Assembly (NCBI GenBank): GCA_965112155.1
Contig: OZ218101.1
Origin: Podarcis liolepis
Taxonomy: Eukaryota
Length of the DNA: 64,000 bases
Reading direction: 5' to 3' (one strand)
This document shows, piece by piece, positions 27,998-42,552 of this stretch (the stretch's first letter is position 1; each line of letters opens with the position of its first letter). The notes under the pieces are model-generated. The model ran no database searches. It saw only the letters and a program-made list of their open reading frames with translations, and was not told the origin of the DNA. The position numbers and the translations under genes were made by a program.

Positions 27998-28316
27998 CAT
28001 GGGCAGGCAGACTAAGGCCCGGGGGCAGGATGCGGCCCAATCACCTTCTCAATCCGGCCTGCAGATGGTCCAGGAATCCAGCATGTTTTTACAAGAGTAG
28101 AATGTGTCCTTTTATTTAAAATGCATCTCTGGGTTATTTGTGAGGCCTGCCTGGTGTTTTTACATGAGTAGAATGTGTGCTTTTATTTAAAATCCATCTC
28201 TGGGTTATTTGTGGGGCATAGGAATTCGTTCATTCCCCCCCCAATATAGTCTGGCCCCTCACAAGGTCCGAGGGACAGTGAACCAGCCCCCTGCTGGAAA
28301 AGTTTGCTGACACCTG
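27998..28316. mobile_element. hAT-superfamily MITE
   Basis: Perfect 8-bp TSD CTTTACAT (27990, 28317); CA...TG ends; same family as 50265-50515. Confidence 0.85.
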
Positions 28317-28749
28317 CTTTACATGGACAAAATGTCCAGGTTAGTGCAGACCCTTAAAAGGATCCACGACAGATTGTATTCCTGAAAAGAAACGCAAATC
28401 CCAGAACAAAAAAATCTGGACCAGAAGGCATTGTGCCAAGAACAAAGACTCTTTAAATAGACATTTAAACTGGACAGAGATAACTTACAAAAGGACGCAG
28501 TGCCCTACAAAAGGAATTCCTGGCAGCTTGCCTTTCGCATCCCAGGCAAATATGGAATTGCTGGAAAACTATACAATGAGTACAGTCTTTCCCCACATGG
28601 TCATAGTGCCCATACAAGGAAGAAACCTGCCCTTACGCATCAACACGTGTAACTATAGGCAACTTATAAAGCATATAAAGAATCAAAATAATTATATACT
28701 TCATTACTGAGTGAGGCATTATAGTCAGAAGTAGATTAAATGAGAATGT

Positions 28750-28935
28750 AGGGGGAGGATCGTAGAATATCTATTTTGTAATGCAGAAGGTTCCAGGTTC
28801 AGTCCCCAGCATCTGCAGGAAGGGATGGGAGACAATCCTGTCTTAAATCCAGGAGAGTCACTGTTCATAAACTGTAGATAACACTGAGCCAGATGGACCT
28901 ATAATGCGACTTAAGTATAAGGCAGCTTTCTATGT
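28750..28935 (+). mobile_element. tRNA-derived SINE (Squam3-like), decayed
   Basis: gcagaaggttccaggttcagtccccagcatct...acactgagccagatggacc...tataaggcagctt; homologous to 6470-6650. Confidence 0.55.
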
Positions 28936-29236
28936 AAGAAGCTGTGGTTGCCTCCAGAACCAACAGTACTTCTTTGGTGCTATGTAAAAAAACTACGTAA
29001 TGAACACTGATTTAAATCAGTTAGTGCTGAGATAGCATCAAAATGGGAAACTCTTCAGACTGCAAAAATAATGCAATCAAATTCATGTTTACTCAGAAGT
29101 AAGCCCTCCTTTGTGCAATGGGGCTCCCTATCAGGATAGTGTCCATGAACTCGCAGCCTAACAGTGCAATCCTACACTTAGAAGTAAACCCACTGAATTC
29201 AGTGGCACCCCTAGCCTGCTGCCCTCAAGTGTAGTA

Positions 29237-29478
29237 CAGTGGTACCTCGGGTTACATATGCTTCAGGTTACATACGCTTCAGGTTACAGACTCCGCTAAC
29301 CCAGAAATAGTACCTCTGGTTAAGAACTTTGCTTCAGGATGAGAACAGAAATCGTGCTCCGGCAGCGTGGTGGCAGTGGGAGGCCCTATTAGCTAAAGTG
29401 GTGCTTCAGGTTAAGAACAGTTTCAGGTAAAGAACGGACCTCCGGAACAAATTAAGTACTTAACCCGAGGTACCACTG
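29237..29478. mobile_element. Tc1/mariner-superfamily (pogo/Tigger-like) MITE
   Basis: TIRs CAGTGGTACCTCGGGTTA...TAACCCGAGGTACCACTG flanked by TA; near-identical copy at 42066-42274. Confidence 0.85.
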
Positions 29479-29488
29479 TACTGGAGTA

Positions 29489-29611
29489 GGATTTTTAAGC
29501 AGAGGTTGGGTGGCCATCTGTCATAGATGCTTTATCTGGGATTCCAGCATTGCAGGGGGTTGGACTAGATGACCCTTGGGGTCCCTTCCAACTTTACAAT
29601 TCTATGATTCT
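29489..29611 (+). mobile_element. CR1 LINE 3' end
   Basis: gggttggactagatgacccttggggtcccttccaac...attctatgattcta, the canonical CR1 3' hairpin and octamer tail. Confidence 0.8.
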
Positions 29612-29770
29612 ACCAGTCAGATTGGCTTCTGTGTATGCATTTGGTGAGGGGGGCTGCCACCTTGTCCTTTGCCTCATGCAGCAAAATATATTGAGCTGGC
29701 CCTGGCTTTATTATTCCTTACCAATCCACTGTAGGTTACTTTAATGTACAATGATGTAGGATAAGTTTCA

Positions 29771-29962
<192 letters not shown>

Positions 29963-30527
29963 TCAGAGGAAGAAAAGTGTTACATAGTCAGGTGAAGCAG
30001 CAGGGAATGTTCAAAAGAAGAAAAGGAAATCACTCCTCCTGCTGCTTTTTTATTTGCCAAGGTTGCTAAAGATGGATCAGTGACACCTTAACACCATTGA
30101 ACTACTCTGTCGTCAGTGCTATTTTTCTAGAAAAATGAGGTGCTGGAACTCACCACGAACACCTCCCTTGTTCTCTTATAATGACAATGACACCTGAGAA
30201 GTGCCGGAACTGAGATGTAGTGAGTTCCAGCTGGGGGGGGGGGTGGCTGCTCATCATAAACACAATTAGGAGGTTAAATAATGTATAGTGCATGTTTACT
30301 TAGAGGTGTCAGGTGAGAGAAAAGCTGGAGCTGGGGCATATATATTTACATCCTACCTTTCTAGGCAAAATGCCCACTCTGTGTGGCTTACACAACAATA
30401 TAACAATATAAAGCAGGGGTAGTTAATACAATACCATCAAACACAATACCATAAAATTTAGCAAAAGCAGAAGAGCAAAAATTATAATCAGAGGAAAATT
30501 AACCTTTAAAACAGTTGAAATAATATA

Positions 30528-30980
30528 CAGTGGTATCATGGTTCTCAAACGCCTTGGTACTCAAACAACTTGGAACCTAAACACTGCAAACCCGGAACAA
30601 AGTGTTCTGGTTTGTGAACTTTTTTTCGGAAGCCGAACATTCTCTGTTTTGAGTGTTATGCTTCCGTTTTGAATGCCACACTTCCGTTTTGAGTGTTATG
30701 TTGAGGTCTGTCTGCTTTTGCTATTTATTTTGCGGTTCTGTTTTTGCAGCTCTTTTTTGTTTTGTTTTTGTGACTGCATGGAACCCAGTTCAGCTACTGA
30801 TTGATTGTGCGACTGCAGTACATTGTTCATTGCTTTCATTTTATGGATCAATGGTCTCGTTAGATAGTAAAATTCATGTTAAATTGCTGTTTTAGGGGTT
30901 GTTTTTAAAAGTCTGGAACAGATTAATCCATTTTGCATTACTTTCTATGGAAAGGCATGCCTTAGTTTTGAAACGCTTTT
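30528..30980. mobile_element. Truncated CAGTGGTA-type DNA transposon derivative
   Basis: TA|CAGTGGTA left end, internal cttccgttttga repeats; right TIR not found. Confidence 0.5.
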
Positions 30981-32872
30981 ACTGCAAGGCAATGAGGGGT
31001 CAACTGTAACTCTTTGGGGTTCTTACTCCATAAACTGGATTCCATGGTGGAAAAAACTCTGTATATGAACAGGGGCACTTTGGGGATCTCTGTATCCAAC
31101 AAAATTTGTAGAAAATGGAGTGGCTAAAACAGGGATGCAGTTTTATATATTTATCCTGGTGTATTTCCAGGGAGACTAGATAACGACGACATTGGTTATT
31201 TAATGAGCTTTCATTCTGATGTGTTTCTAGGGGTGTTAAACAACCTAAACCTTGACCTTTCACCAAACAAGTGCTGTCCTGTGTGTTCCAGTGCAATTCC
31301 CCATCAGTTTCCTTATTAGTGGGTTTGTTGCACAAGACCTCTCCATCAGCTATAAAGCTGCAACCTGACTTAGTCCATATGTGCTTAAAACCCACTCCAA
31401 AATAGCACCAGTCTGGAAGCGCCCTGCAAAGCCATTTTTTAACATTCCAACAAACAGAACTGAGAGATACATATAGAAAACAATTAATAAATAAATAAAA
31501 ATTAATGTAGCTGGCACTGGGCATCACCCACCCCTTTCCCACCCCTACCCAAAAGTAGTAATGTTGAGAAAGAACTTTACCTCCCCCCCCCCATGCAAAT
31601 TCCATAGCAAATGTAGCCCATTGTCCCATATTGCAGGTTGAAAGGAACTCTGGCTGGGAGAGATTGATTTATGTCAGCACAGCAGAGTATTGTACACTGA
31701 TGGGGGAATATGCAGACCTGTTTGGCCTCCTGCAACTTGTTATATTTGTAATTTCAAGGCAGCCCATCTCACTACAGCCCTTCTGCCCACTGCACTTGTT
31801 GATTTAGGTCACACTGAATCCTGCAGTATGAATACAGAAACACCTGATGCACACCACCTGGTCAATGGCTCTGATAGCATCATAGGTCCTGGGCCACTCT
31901 GCCATGAATGCCAGTGGTCCATATACCTTGACGTTGGAGAAACAGATGATCACATGTCTAAATATTGTTGCGCGCCACCACAATCTCTCAGTGACGCGAG
32001 ATTCCAGGTGCTCCAGGCGCTAACCCAGGGTTTGTTTCCTTTTGGAATGAGGCACAGTGCAGACTGTGGTTTCTTTATAGGGTTTATATGTACATACAAC
32101 CTGAGCCTACAATGGATGGGTTTGCAGCATTAGCAACCCTAGAGGGTTTTGTTTCTCCCATAGCTGCAGCCTTGAATTCAAACAGAAATCAAACATTGAT
32201 CTGACTCTCTCCCCAGCTTGCTGTTTTCCTTCTAGGTCACATCTCAACTCTGCTTTTCCTTCTAACTAACCATCCATTTCCCATCTCACATACACCTCTT
32301 TCCTTTGTTTCCTTTAATGGCCCATCACCCAGGCAATCACCTCACCAGGAAGCTAGCTTGGCTTATATTATAACACTTGTGGGATCCAGGGGTTAGGAGG
32401 GTCTCTGCAACCATCTTACTTTTTTACCTTACCCCCACCACAAAGCCATAATACTATCCTGGCCAAGAGATAGCACAATTGTTTTGATCAATGGCAGCTA
32501 TATATTCAACTTTATGGTCTAGACACTATTGATTTTTCACATTTGGAAAATGGTAAGGGTATGGAGGGAAATAATATTGTATAGCTGCTTTAAGGAGGGA
32601 GGCAACTGAAAAGTGATGTTACCTGCTCTAGAAAACATTAGGACTGCGAAGCTGCAGAAACAGCCACTCTACAACCCAGCCTGACATTTTTATGTTCTGG
32701 TTTCAACAACCCTAAAAGATAAGTTATGGTAAATCAATTTAGAGATCACCAAAGGACAAAGGAAGATAGGGTTTAGATAGGTGCCTTACACTTAAGATAA
32801 AACCAAATGCCATTATTAGATTTCAAATTATCTTTCATTCAATGCTCAGTCCAGTAGACACAAATGGTGATA

Positions 32873-33136
32873 CAGGCAACCCCCATTTACGGGGGGGGGG
32901 GGGTGTAGCTGTCAACGTTTTCCTTTCTTTAAGGGAAATTCCCTTATTCCTCGCAAGAAAAGGGAAAAGTTGACAGCTATGGGGGGTAGGTGTTTACGTT
33001 AAATTGTGTATATTTGAAACACCATTGGAAAAGCCTGCAAAAACCCTGTTCTTCCCCCGCCCCGCCCCTTTTTGTGATGTTTTTGGGTCACTTCCAGACA
33101 GTCATGCACATATCGAACACGTGTAAAAGAGGCTTG
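32873..33136. mobile_element. CAGGCA-ended MITE containing a nested ~78-bp palindromic element (32904-32981)
   Basis: TA|CAGGCAACCCCCATTTAC left end matches the TIR of the 49587-49746 element; inner tagctgtcaac...gttgacagcta. Confidence 0.55.
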
Positions 33137-34418
33137 TACTATCTCAACCCATGATGAGCAAGTTAAGGTGCATTTCGCTTTTCAAAATGGGAAAGCATGT
33201 ATTGTCTTAAATGGCTAAAAACTGATTTTATCATGTTCCTATGTCTAAAACACACATGTATTATAACAACTGGTGCTTGCAATTGCAATTGATGGAATTC
33301 GGACAGAAGTTCAAAAACGAGATTTTGAAACAGCAGCTCCCCTGCTGTATACGCTATAGGCAGAGGGATATGTATGTAGCTTGCTTTTGTACAGCTAAAA
33401 ATGGTTGCAAAGCAGCTTGATAAGCCTTGCAGATAACATTTATGCTCATACAGAGGTCAAGAAGCAGGAAACATGTGACATGCATTTAATCACTGACTAT
33501 ATTCAGAAGTATGTTAGTCATCCTTTTCCATGATAGGTTGACATCTTGCCATTATCTTTAGGGTATTAGCTCCTGCTCACATCATTGGCTAACCAGTAGC
33601 TAGACACGAAATATCCCAGATTCTCTTCAACAGGCCTCTGGTGGCTAAATTTAGAGCATCTCAGCAGCAGTCAGATAAGAGTGGAATGTCAGAGAAATTT
33701 CATTGACTTTCCCGATTCTAGAAAACACATTGAGAAGTGCAACACATTTGGAGAGCATTTGTCTTCAGTGAAGATACAGATGTTTTGTTCAGCAGTTATC
33801 TTGAAAGTATCATAAAAACAATACATAAATTGGGTTGTAAGATACCGTTGCATTCAATAACTTGACAATATTGGATGCTTTTTATGCAAAGGGGGGTGGA
33901 TACTTACTATGATGGGCAGCTGTCTATATACCAGTCAGGAACAGGCAACTCTGATAAAGGAAAATAGCTTAAGGTTTTCTTTTCCCCATCCATGTTTCAT
34001 TCAAGGCAAGTTTATGTCAATGCATCCAGTGAAAGAAAAATGTGTTCTAATAAATTTTATACAACCAATGAAGAGACTATGTAACCTTCTTACTGTGAAT
34101 GGAAATCATATTCATTCTCATTCATATATATATATAGAGAGAGAGAGAGAGTGAGAACATTGAGACTCAATTATTCTCAGTAATAAGGTAGACCAGTATT
34201 CTCTTCTCCATATTGAAATAGAAAGATGAGAAATAGTTGGCCACCTAGCAAGCTCACACTTGAGGTGGTATTTGAAGGGAAGACTCCTTGTACCATTTAC
34301 ATTTTCAGCAACCATGCTAGTTAAATGGCAAAACCAAGACATCATATGCATTGATAACTGAAGGTAGCATGAATTTCTGCACAAACTCGCTGCTTAGGTA
34401 ACAGAACACAATAATTTA

Positions 34419-34706
<288 letters not shown>

Positions 34707-34786
34707 TCAGTGCTTCTTCGGTTCTCAAAAACTGTCACTTCTTGTTTCTTTGTTCCTTTGCCTTCCAAGCTCAGGTCAAGCAACAC

Positions 34787-34933
34787 TTTATATCGGAGCC
34801 ATTGTGTCATTGCACAGAGCTGTCTGTATAAGGCAAGCCTTTCCTTTTCTGGCTTTGCAGATGCCACCACTTGTCTGACATCCAATGAAGGGATAGAAAT
34901 TGTTAGTCCAAGAATTTTCTGACTTATTTTTAA
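34787..34933 (-). promoter_or_regulatory. Putative ADPRHL1 proximal promoter (TATA box, MEF2-type site)
   Basis: TATAAA on the minus strand at 34792-34787, ~90 nt upstream of the ATG. TTATTTTTAA at 34924-34933 fits the MEF2 consensus YTAWWWWTAR. Consistent with the known heart-enriched expression of the gene. Confidence 0.5.
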
Positions 34934-37900
34934 GCTGCAAGCTCCCAAAGTGTGCAATGCACTAGTCCATGCAAGTAGCAAAAATCAAAAACCCTCCTAA
35001 CAATCCTGGACAAAGCAAGCCAAGAAATATTTTGGCTATCCAGTTCAAGTAACTCTACACCTAGAAAAACACATGCTGTAATCAGGAGGTTTATTTTTAC
35101 AGCTGTGCAAATGAGCATATTTTTCTTTGACTTTTGTAGTACTGTATTCAGTTACTTTTGGGGGGGAACTGAGAAAAACACAAAACAAGAACAGTGATTA
35201 AAGACAGCAGAGGAAGAAGACCATAAAGGTGAGAAGGAAGCTAGCAATAAAAAGTAGAAAATGGGAAGCCAATTCATCAATGAACTGAGCTGGCTTTAAG
35301 TTTGTTTGCTGCCCTGCAGCACACTCATAAATGTTTTATTGCAGTGAAACAACACTGGGCCATACAGAAGTAGTTGAACAGTGTTTCCTTCCTAGTGCTC
35401 CTGCGTGAGAATCACATTATGTATACACATAGTTAGGTTATTCTGGGGCAACTAGGCGTTCCCCAAAGGATGCTTAGCTTTGGTTTCTATTTCCAGCATA
35501 ATTCAAGGTTCTCTCTCATTAAAAAAAAAATCTCTGGCAGGATTCAAACTTGAGCATGTAGGTAGGAAAATACTTTTACATTTTATCCACTGTGGGAAAA
35601 TACAGAAGTGTAAACTTTGAACAACTTGATTTAAATAAAATGTGACACAAAATTTCACAGGCCTGTGAAGGAAAGGGGTAGTTCTGTAAGGCAACTCACA
35701 AGCTAACAAAAAGGTGCTACTCATTGCTAAAAGGAAAGGCCATCTTTTAATATTCTCTTCATTCCACCTCTGAGAATATAAAATTATTTCCTAATATAGT
35801 AATACAAAAACAGCTTTACAAGCCGAGCAAGATGATGATCCATCGGTATTTTGGAAGATCCATATTTAAAAATATGAATTAGTTATGGCAACTGACCACT
35901 TCCTGTTTTAATTCCCTGAAGTGCATAGGGTTAGAAGAAAAAAACCTGGCAGTTTTAACAAAGCATGGGTTACATTTGTGTAAGATTGTCCCAAAACATA
36001 TTTTCAGAGATTACAGTAATCTTCATTCATACATTTTCTGCAGAGAATTTAGCACTCAAACCAAATTTTGGGATTACTAATTAAATGAACTTATTTCATC
36101 AGGTAGTAATATCTCTTTTGCCATCAAGATTGCTGTTACTCAGTTGCACAACTGTCATGCACATACTAGAGAGTCTAACTGACACTACTAATAAATCAGT
36201 TGGATTTGCTTTGAACACCTGGGTTCGGAGTAATTGTTTGTTCTTGAGCAAGCCTTTTTCATTCCAGCTTATTTCCTGTTACATGTACTGGAAATTATAA
36301 CTCAATTCAAAAGTTTGCTGTGATTTGAAAATAATATTGTTATATTGTGTTTTGTGCTTATTGCCTTTAATGTATAAATCCATTCCCCATTTTATGACTT
36401 GTTAATTATCATTTTTGGTGCACAAGTATTTTGTTGGCTCTGATGAATGGAGACAGTGCTATCAATCATCATTCTCTTCATTGCAGTTTTAAGGTTAATC
36501 AAACACTAGATGTTGCAGAAAATTATGCAGCGTATATTTAGGAATTTGGCCACCATTAATTAAAATCTTGCCCCTCGATCAACTCTGGGATCCCCATGAA
36601 GTTCCAGAATTCTCAATGTATCAGGGATATGTTAAATTTTGCAAATATTGCCCATCATACTAAACTGTATTAAGGACATATAGCCTCAAAATATAAGAAC
36701 AGGAAAACGTAAGGGTTGTGATAACCATCTGCATGCTCAAATACATTAAGCTGCAAGTTAAATTCTAATACAAACGATCAACATGCTGCTAAGATTTTCA
36801 TGTTTAACCTGCAATACATGTCTGTATCCAATATCACATTTTAACTGTTTAACACTTAGATTAAGAAGCGATAGACAAATGTAACTGGTTATTAGAAAAA
36901 AGCAAGGGTTTAACATTTAAAGACAAAGCATTTCTATCCCACTGATCTTGCAAGGACAGTTTCAAAGCTAGTGCAACCTGTTAGGGTCTTTTTTTGCTGT
37001 AGATCACAGACAGCTAATCTGTGGCACTCCATATGGACTCTTAACAGCTATCAGCCTCAGGCAGCACAGCCAAGACTCAAGGATGATGAGAATTCTAGTC
37101 CAGGAACATCTAGAGAGCCACAGATTAGGAAGGCCTGCTGTAGACCCTATCTGAAGACATTTAATGTCCAGATACATTTCTGGGCAAATGCATTAAGGTA
37201 GTTGAATGACCTTTTGAGAATACTGTATCTGGCTTTTTCACAGTTCCTAGCCTAACCACCTGGCTAGAAAAGTAAGAGATATCTAAAAGCTGTTATACTG
37301 GCATCTAGTGGTGAAATGAAAGATTCAGTTCATTACTGTTTGTGGTTTCTATTTTTCTTACTGAAGTTTCACCTTAGCAGAACACAGCTGATGATGTTAA
37401 CCTAGTCTAAAAGTGAAATTGGTCACCTTGTACTATATAGCTTGACATTACCCTCTATTGGCTCTTTTGTAACTCAAAAGGAAGGCTTGTGAAATCCACC
37501 ACTTTACATGCTTTCAACCTTATTAGATGCAACATGGGACCCAATTTAATTTATTTACTTTATTTATTGCAAACGTTCACCTTCCTCTGATTCTTTCTAG
37601 GATAACAAGTTACAATGAAGAGATGGGCTCCTGCAACTTCAACTGTCATACAGAAGAGGAAATTCAAGAAGGGAAATCGTGCAGGCTAAGAAAGAGATGT
37701 CTGCTGAAATCACTCCTTCTACATAGGAGGCACAACAGTCCTGTCTTCCTTTGCATCTATATTGTTTAAAAAATATAAAATGATGCTGGTACCATTTGTG
37801 GAACCCACTTTAGGTCAAGGCGCAGTGCATTTCTCCGTCCTTAATCTACGAGTTGACAATCAATACACCTTGAGTTCTTGGCCATGATTTGGAAATCACT

Positions 37901-38804
37901 CAGTATCAGACTGCTGCATATATAACGACATAATCAAATGAACTTAAGCACTTTTTAAGTGACTTTGATTTCAGTGGGAGAATTAAGCATGTGTATGCCT
38001 TGCTTCCACTAATATCAGAGGAACTTAAAATGGTCTTGAGCCAGATCGTATACATAATATACTTAGAAAATTCAATAGGCAATCATGAAATATCAAATGA
38101 TTCTTGAATGTTTCCTCTACATTCAAAATATTAACAGCCACAATACAGATACTTGGTTGCCTCGATATTGATCAAGTACAAACAAATTCCCATAAGGTCA
38201 GTGTGGAATGAGGAAATCAAGCTTTTTAAAAAATGGTTCAGCTTGGCCTTTCCATAAATTTAGAATCTTGGCACCATGCTGAAGAGATGTGTCAATAAAC
38301 ATTTCACTGCATTCTTTCATCAGCTTTAACTTCATATAAAAATACCACATACCACATACTTTATTTAGGGATTTAATTTATATACCACAAATACTGCTTT
38401 TTAATATAAGTACAATATAATACAGTTGTAATTATGTAACTGCTGGTGTTCATGAACTGAATGGCATGCTGTGCTGTCAAAACTTTTACTAAAATGGCCT
38501 CTAGTTAAACTTCTCCAAAGTATAAAATCATGCAAAATCTACATCCTATATGATACAACCAGTACAATAATTGAAGCCAATATCCTACAAACAGCCTGGG
38601 CTATCTTCTGAATTTCTTCTTGCAGTGTCCATGAGTCAGCCATCATTTTCTTGAAGCAGAAGTAGTGATTCCTGTTTCGTCAGTGGCATCCCACCACGAC
38701 TATCGAAACCAGTGACAGTGCGCACAGTTATTGGCCAAAATGTCTTCATTACCTGATGCAGTTCAGACTGCAAACTTATTAAGTCCACTGAGAAGAGTCT
38801 ATGG

Positions 38805-38884
38805 TTAGGAAGCTTTACGTTTTCCTCCTGTGACTACTGGTCGTGCGTATTCCACAAAATCGTCTATTAGAACTGGCCATGCTC
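38805..38884 (-). CDS. DCUN1D2: DCUN1D2 exon 7, terminal (Cullin-binding/PONY domain end)
   Basis: Encodes [26 protein letters not shown]. Exon sum 780 nt = 259 aa. Paralog identity from the N-terminus ([17 protein letters not shown]) and synteny with ADPRHL1/TMCO3. Confidence 0.95.
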
Positions 38885-39177
38885 CTAAAAATAAAAAAAA
38901 GTTAAACAGCTTTGAGTCAAAACCTTTGAATGTTTAAAAAGCAATGCATTTATCTTTGCACACGTGTTCACAACTCAGATTTTATTCATATGAAATCCTC
39001 CAGAGGGAAGCCAAGTTGAATAGCCAAGTGCAAATTACAAAATGCTTCAGCTACATTTTAGGGTCAACATTATTTTGCAGCACACACACTTCGCCTAGTG
39101 GACACACAGGGTGAATGTTTATGGACAGTATTACTTCAGCACCACTCCATTTAATTTTGAATATCTACATCAGTTAC

Positions 39178-39274
39178 CTTCTTCGTCGTAGTTTGACATA
39201 TCATCTGCAATCATATTTCCAAAGTCTAAAAGAAGATTCCAAGTATCTTTGGGGATTGATCTTTTATGATGCTC
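39178..39274 (-). CDS. DCUN1D2: DCUN1D2 exon 6 (97 nt)
   Basis: Encodes [32 protein letters not shown]; gtAG| and AAG|GTAACT. Confidence 0.96.
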
Positions 39275-39836
39275 CTACACAAGAAAAATAAGCTGGTATA
39301 AACTATTTTTAGATTTTGTCACAAATTTTGTAAAATCTCAGCTGGGCACAACATCTGAGTAAAAAGTCATGAGGTCAGCAGATCAATCCCAAACCTGGCT
39401 TGGGAGCAGCAGATCCACTGCTGCACCCAAAAGCCCTGCTGCTCATGTCCAAGATGGTGGAAGGGAGGGCATGTTTATCCTCCCTTTTTTGCTTTGCCAG
39501 ATCTGACGTGCCCAAGGACCAGGCCCCTTAGGTGATCCATGGGGCTTTAGATCAAGTGCATCCAAAGCTACTAATGCCTCTCTCACACATATCAGGGTTT
39601 TCTGCTGCCAACCTCCAGAAGGAGCTTATCACCTGCTTGGAGAAAGCTGACATATTCACTGCGACAGAACCGCCGCCAGCAGCTTTCTTTTCTGCCAGGA
39701 CACCAACACACCACCCTGAACCCCCTTCCCCATCGGGGAGAGTAGGACCGAGCTCTGAGTTTGTTGCGCTGTAAATGCTTAATATGAAAAGGTAAAGACT
39801 TCAGATGCCTCTATGGACTTCCGATATTGTACTTAC

Positions 39837-39919
39837 CAATAAAAATTTATTCCAAAGATCTAGAAATTTAAATCTCCCTGATAAAACTAAATTCCAATAT
39901 GCGATTGCCATTTCTAGAT
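39837..39919 (-). CDS. DCUN1D2: DCUN1D2 exon 5 (83 nt)
   Basis: Encodes [28 protein letters not shown]; ttcAG| and TTG|GTAAGT. Confidence 0.96.
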
Positions 39920-41374
39920 CTGAAATACATAAGCATAACATACAATATATAATCATATGAAAGATGCTGTGCTCTAAGCCAATATAGAATGAGTAATTTT
40001 TAAACCAAGATAAAAAAAAATTACCAATATAGGTTTAGAGAGATCCTTTGGTGATTCTACAGTAAAGCCTTGGTGTTTGTATGTGTGTGATGCTAGTCCT
40101 AAACATGGAAGACTTGCTTTTAAAAACACTTTTTTTGGTATTCATTGTTTACCACTTTAAGTTTTGAAAGAAGAAAATACCTCTGGCATAAGAACAAGGC
40201 AATACAACTCATTGAGGAGAAAAAGGTTGAAAGATTTCAAGTTATTAACTTTTAGCAAAACACAGAATTATCCAGTACTAATTTCCAAATGTGATTTAAC
40301 CTGTGACTCTGAGTGATTATACCAAAATAATGTGCGTGGCTAGGAGAATAACCTTGTTTGAACATCAATGATGTTTCAGTTTATGTAAGATGCAAAGGCA
40401 ACAAGTCTTCATTTATAATTCTTATAAACCAATCTTATGTATGTTTACTCAGAAAAATTTCCCATTGAACTAAGAAACAGAAACAGGATTGTAGCTTTAT
40501 CTTGGGCTTTGTTACAACTAGGTTTATCAGAGGTCAATGACATTTTGATGCAAATGATCAGTGTGGTCATAGATAGCCAGGAGTTTGGCTGCTTCCAAAC
40601 CTCATTTATGGAGTAAGTTAGGCTCCCTCCATTTAAACCTGTTTTCCCCTCCATACCAGCACCCACTAAGACAACATGAGAACCGAATTTAATTCTGTAC
40701 TATATTTGCTGCTAATATTGCTTCTTCTGAGGTTTATATTACTAATTCTAGCTTTGACCATTTCCAGTTTTGGTTACAATAAATGCTGGATTAGCAACAA
40801 CAAAATTACAGTTTTGGTTCCCAGAGCATGAACACAAATATTTCCTTCTCAAGATAGTACACATTATCGTGTTTGCCCTCCAGTATACGATCTTCACAGC
40901 TACTGTGTCTGAGCTGCAAAGATAAAACGAGCATTCCTTTGGTGCGGTAGATAAATTTAAAGACACATTAAAACAAAACTTAGAACCAGACTATCTTCAT
41001 TCATGTGTACTCATGATAATGGTGAAATACAGAAAAGTAAAGTATATGTCATAGTAAAGCATATAAGTCATATTTAGAAAAGACTATTGCAACCCACATT
41101 TAACTTCTTATTCAAATGTGCTACACTATTGTTCTGACAACATTAAACATAAAATAGTTGTTGAAGATTCTGCATTCCCCTGTAGACCTGCAGGTATAGG
41201 GAGATATATAAATTTAATTAATTAATAATAGTATAATCCACATCCAGGAGCACACCTAGTAAATAAATTTGCTCACACCAATGTGTGTTCTCCCTCCCAA
41301 AACAATTTGGGAGCAAAATTTGAAAAAAGGTTGCCAACGTTGGCAAGTCTAGCCTCCTAAGTGTAGATGAGGTA

Positions 41375-41566
41375 CAGTCATAGCTCATGTTACGTTTTTT
41401 CAGGTTGCTCTCGTGGCGACCCGAAAGTACCGGAAAGGGTTACTTTCGGGTTTCACCACTCAAGCATTCGCAGTAGTGCTAAATCGTGCTTCGTGCATGC
41501 GCACAAGCGCCAAATCACACTGCGCACCTCCGGAAGAGATCCCATTAGCAACCAGAGGTACCACTG
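41375..41566. mobile_element. Tc1/mariner-type MITE, diverged
   Basis: TA|CAGTCATAGCTC...GAGGTACCACTG|TA; CpG-rich interior. Confidence 0.6.
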
Positions 41567-42065
41567 TATCTGTATGAGCAATAACAACAGAATAACACTT
41601 TCTGGAGATTGTGCAATAGCTACAATCAATTTGGGGTATGATTGTGTACGAACATCCTTTAAAACATTCCTGTATCTCTGAAAAATTACCCTCATATGCT
41701 ACTCTAATGGAGCATATGAACAACTGCAGTTCTAAGATGATTCTTGGCATATAATGTCATTTTTCAATAAAGTAATGTGGTCATGAACACATTAGTCTTA
41801 TTGTTCAAAAGTGTCTTAATGTACACATCTCCCATTTGTGTTAATTAGAACAAAAAAATTTTTTCAGGCTTACTTCCTTACTTAAAGGTTTCTTAGATAG
41901 CAGTTTACTACTACTACTATTGCTGGCAGTGACCATTTTAGGTGTGTCTGATATGTGCGTGACAGCACAGATGTGCATTGCACCGAACCTGGAAGTGTCC
42001 CCAAAAGATTCTCAGGCAACCTTTCCCTGAAATTGTTTGCAGAGAGTAGTTGCAACGAAACTGTA

Positions 42066-42274
42066 CAGTGGTACCTCGGGTTACATACGCTTCAAGTTAC
42101 AGACTCCGCTAAGCCAGAAATAATACCTCGGGTTAAGAACTTTGCTTCAGGATGAGAACAGAAATTGTGCTCCGACGGCGCGGCAGCAGCGGGAGGCCCC
42201 ATTAGCTAAAGTGGTGCTTCAGGTTAAGAACGGACCTCTGGAATGAATTAAGTACGTAACCAGAGGTACCACTG
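42066..42274. mobile_element. Tc1/mariner-superfamily MITE (same family as 29237)
   Basis: TA|CAGTGGTACCTCGG...GAGGTACCACTG|TA. Confidence 0.85.
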
Positions 42275-42421
42275 TAATCTAAGATAATGCTACTTAGATT
42301 GAAGCCGCAACTGTACATCTGAACTTTCCAGCTGAAGATGAAAACTTGGGGAAGGGAACTGATTACAGAAAGAACATTGATTTTTATCTTCAACTTAAAA
42401 AAACCGCACAACATAACTCAC

Positions 42422-42552
42422 CTAAACCTTTTTGTCCAGGGTTCTTAGCAAAGTTAAAGGTAAACTGATAAAAATCTTTAAACTTCATTGGATCCTTTAA
42501 TTCTTGTTCCAGCCTTGGCAAAAGAGTTTTTAGCTTGTCTGTAGTATCACAC
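42422..42552 (-). CDS. DCUN1D2: DCUN1D2 exon 4 (131 nt)
   Basis: Encodes [43 protein letters not shown]; ccAG| and TAG|GTGAGT. Confidence 0.96.

Noticed and set aside
31000-31629. 209-aa minus-strand ORF in ADPRHL1 intron 1
   Set aside because: Random-looking composition and no recognisable domain; likely a chance ORF.
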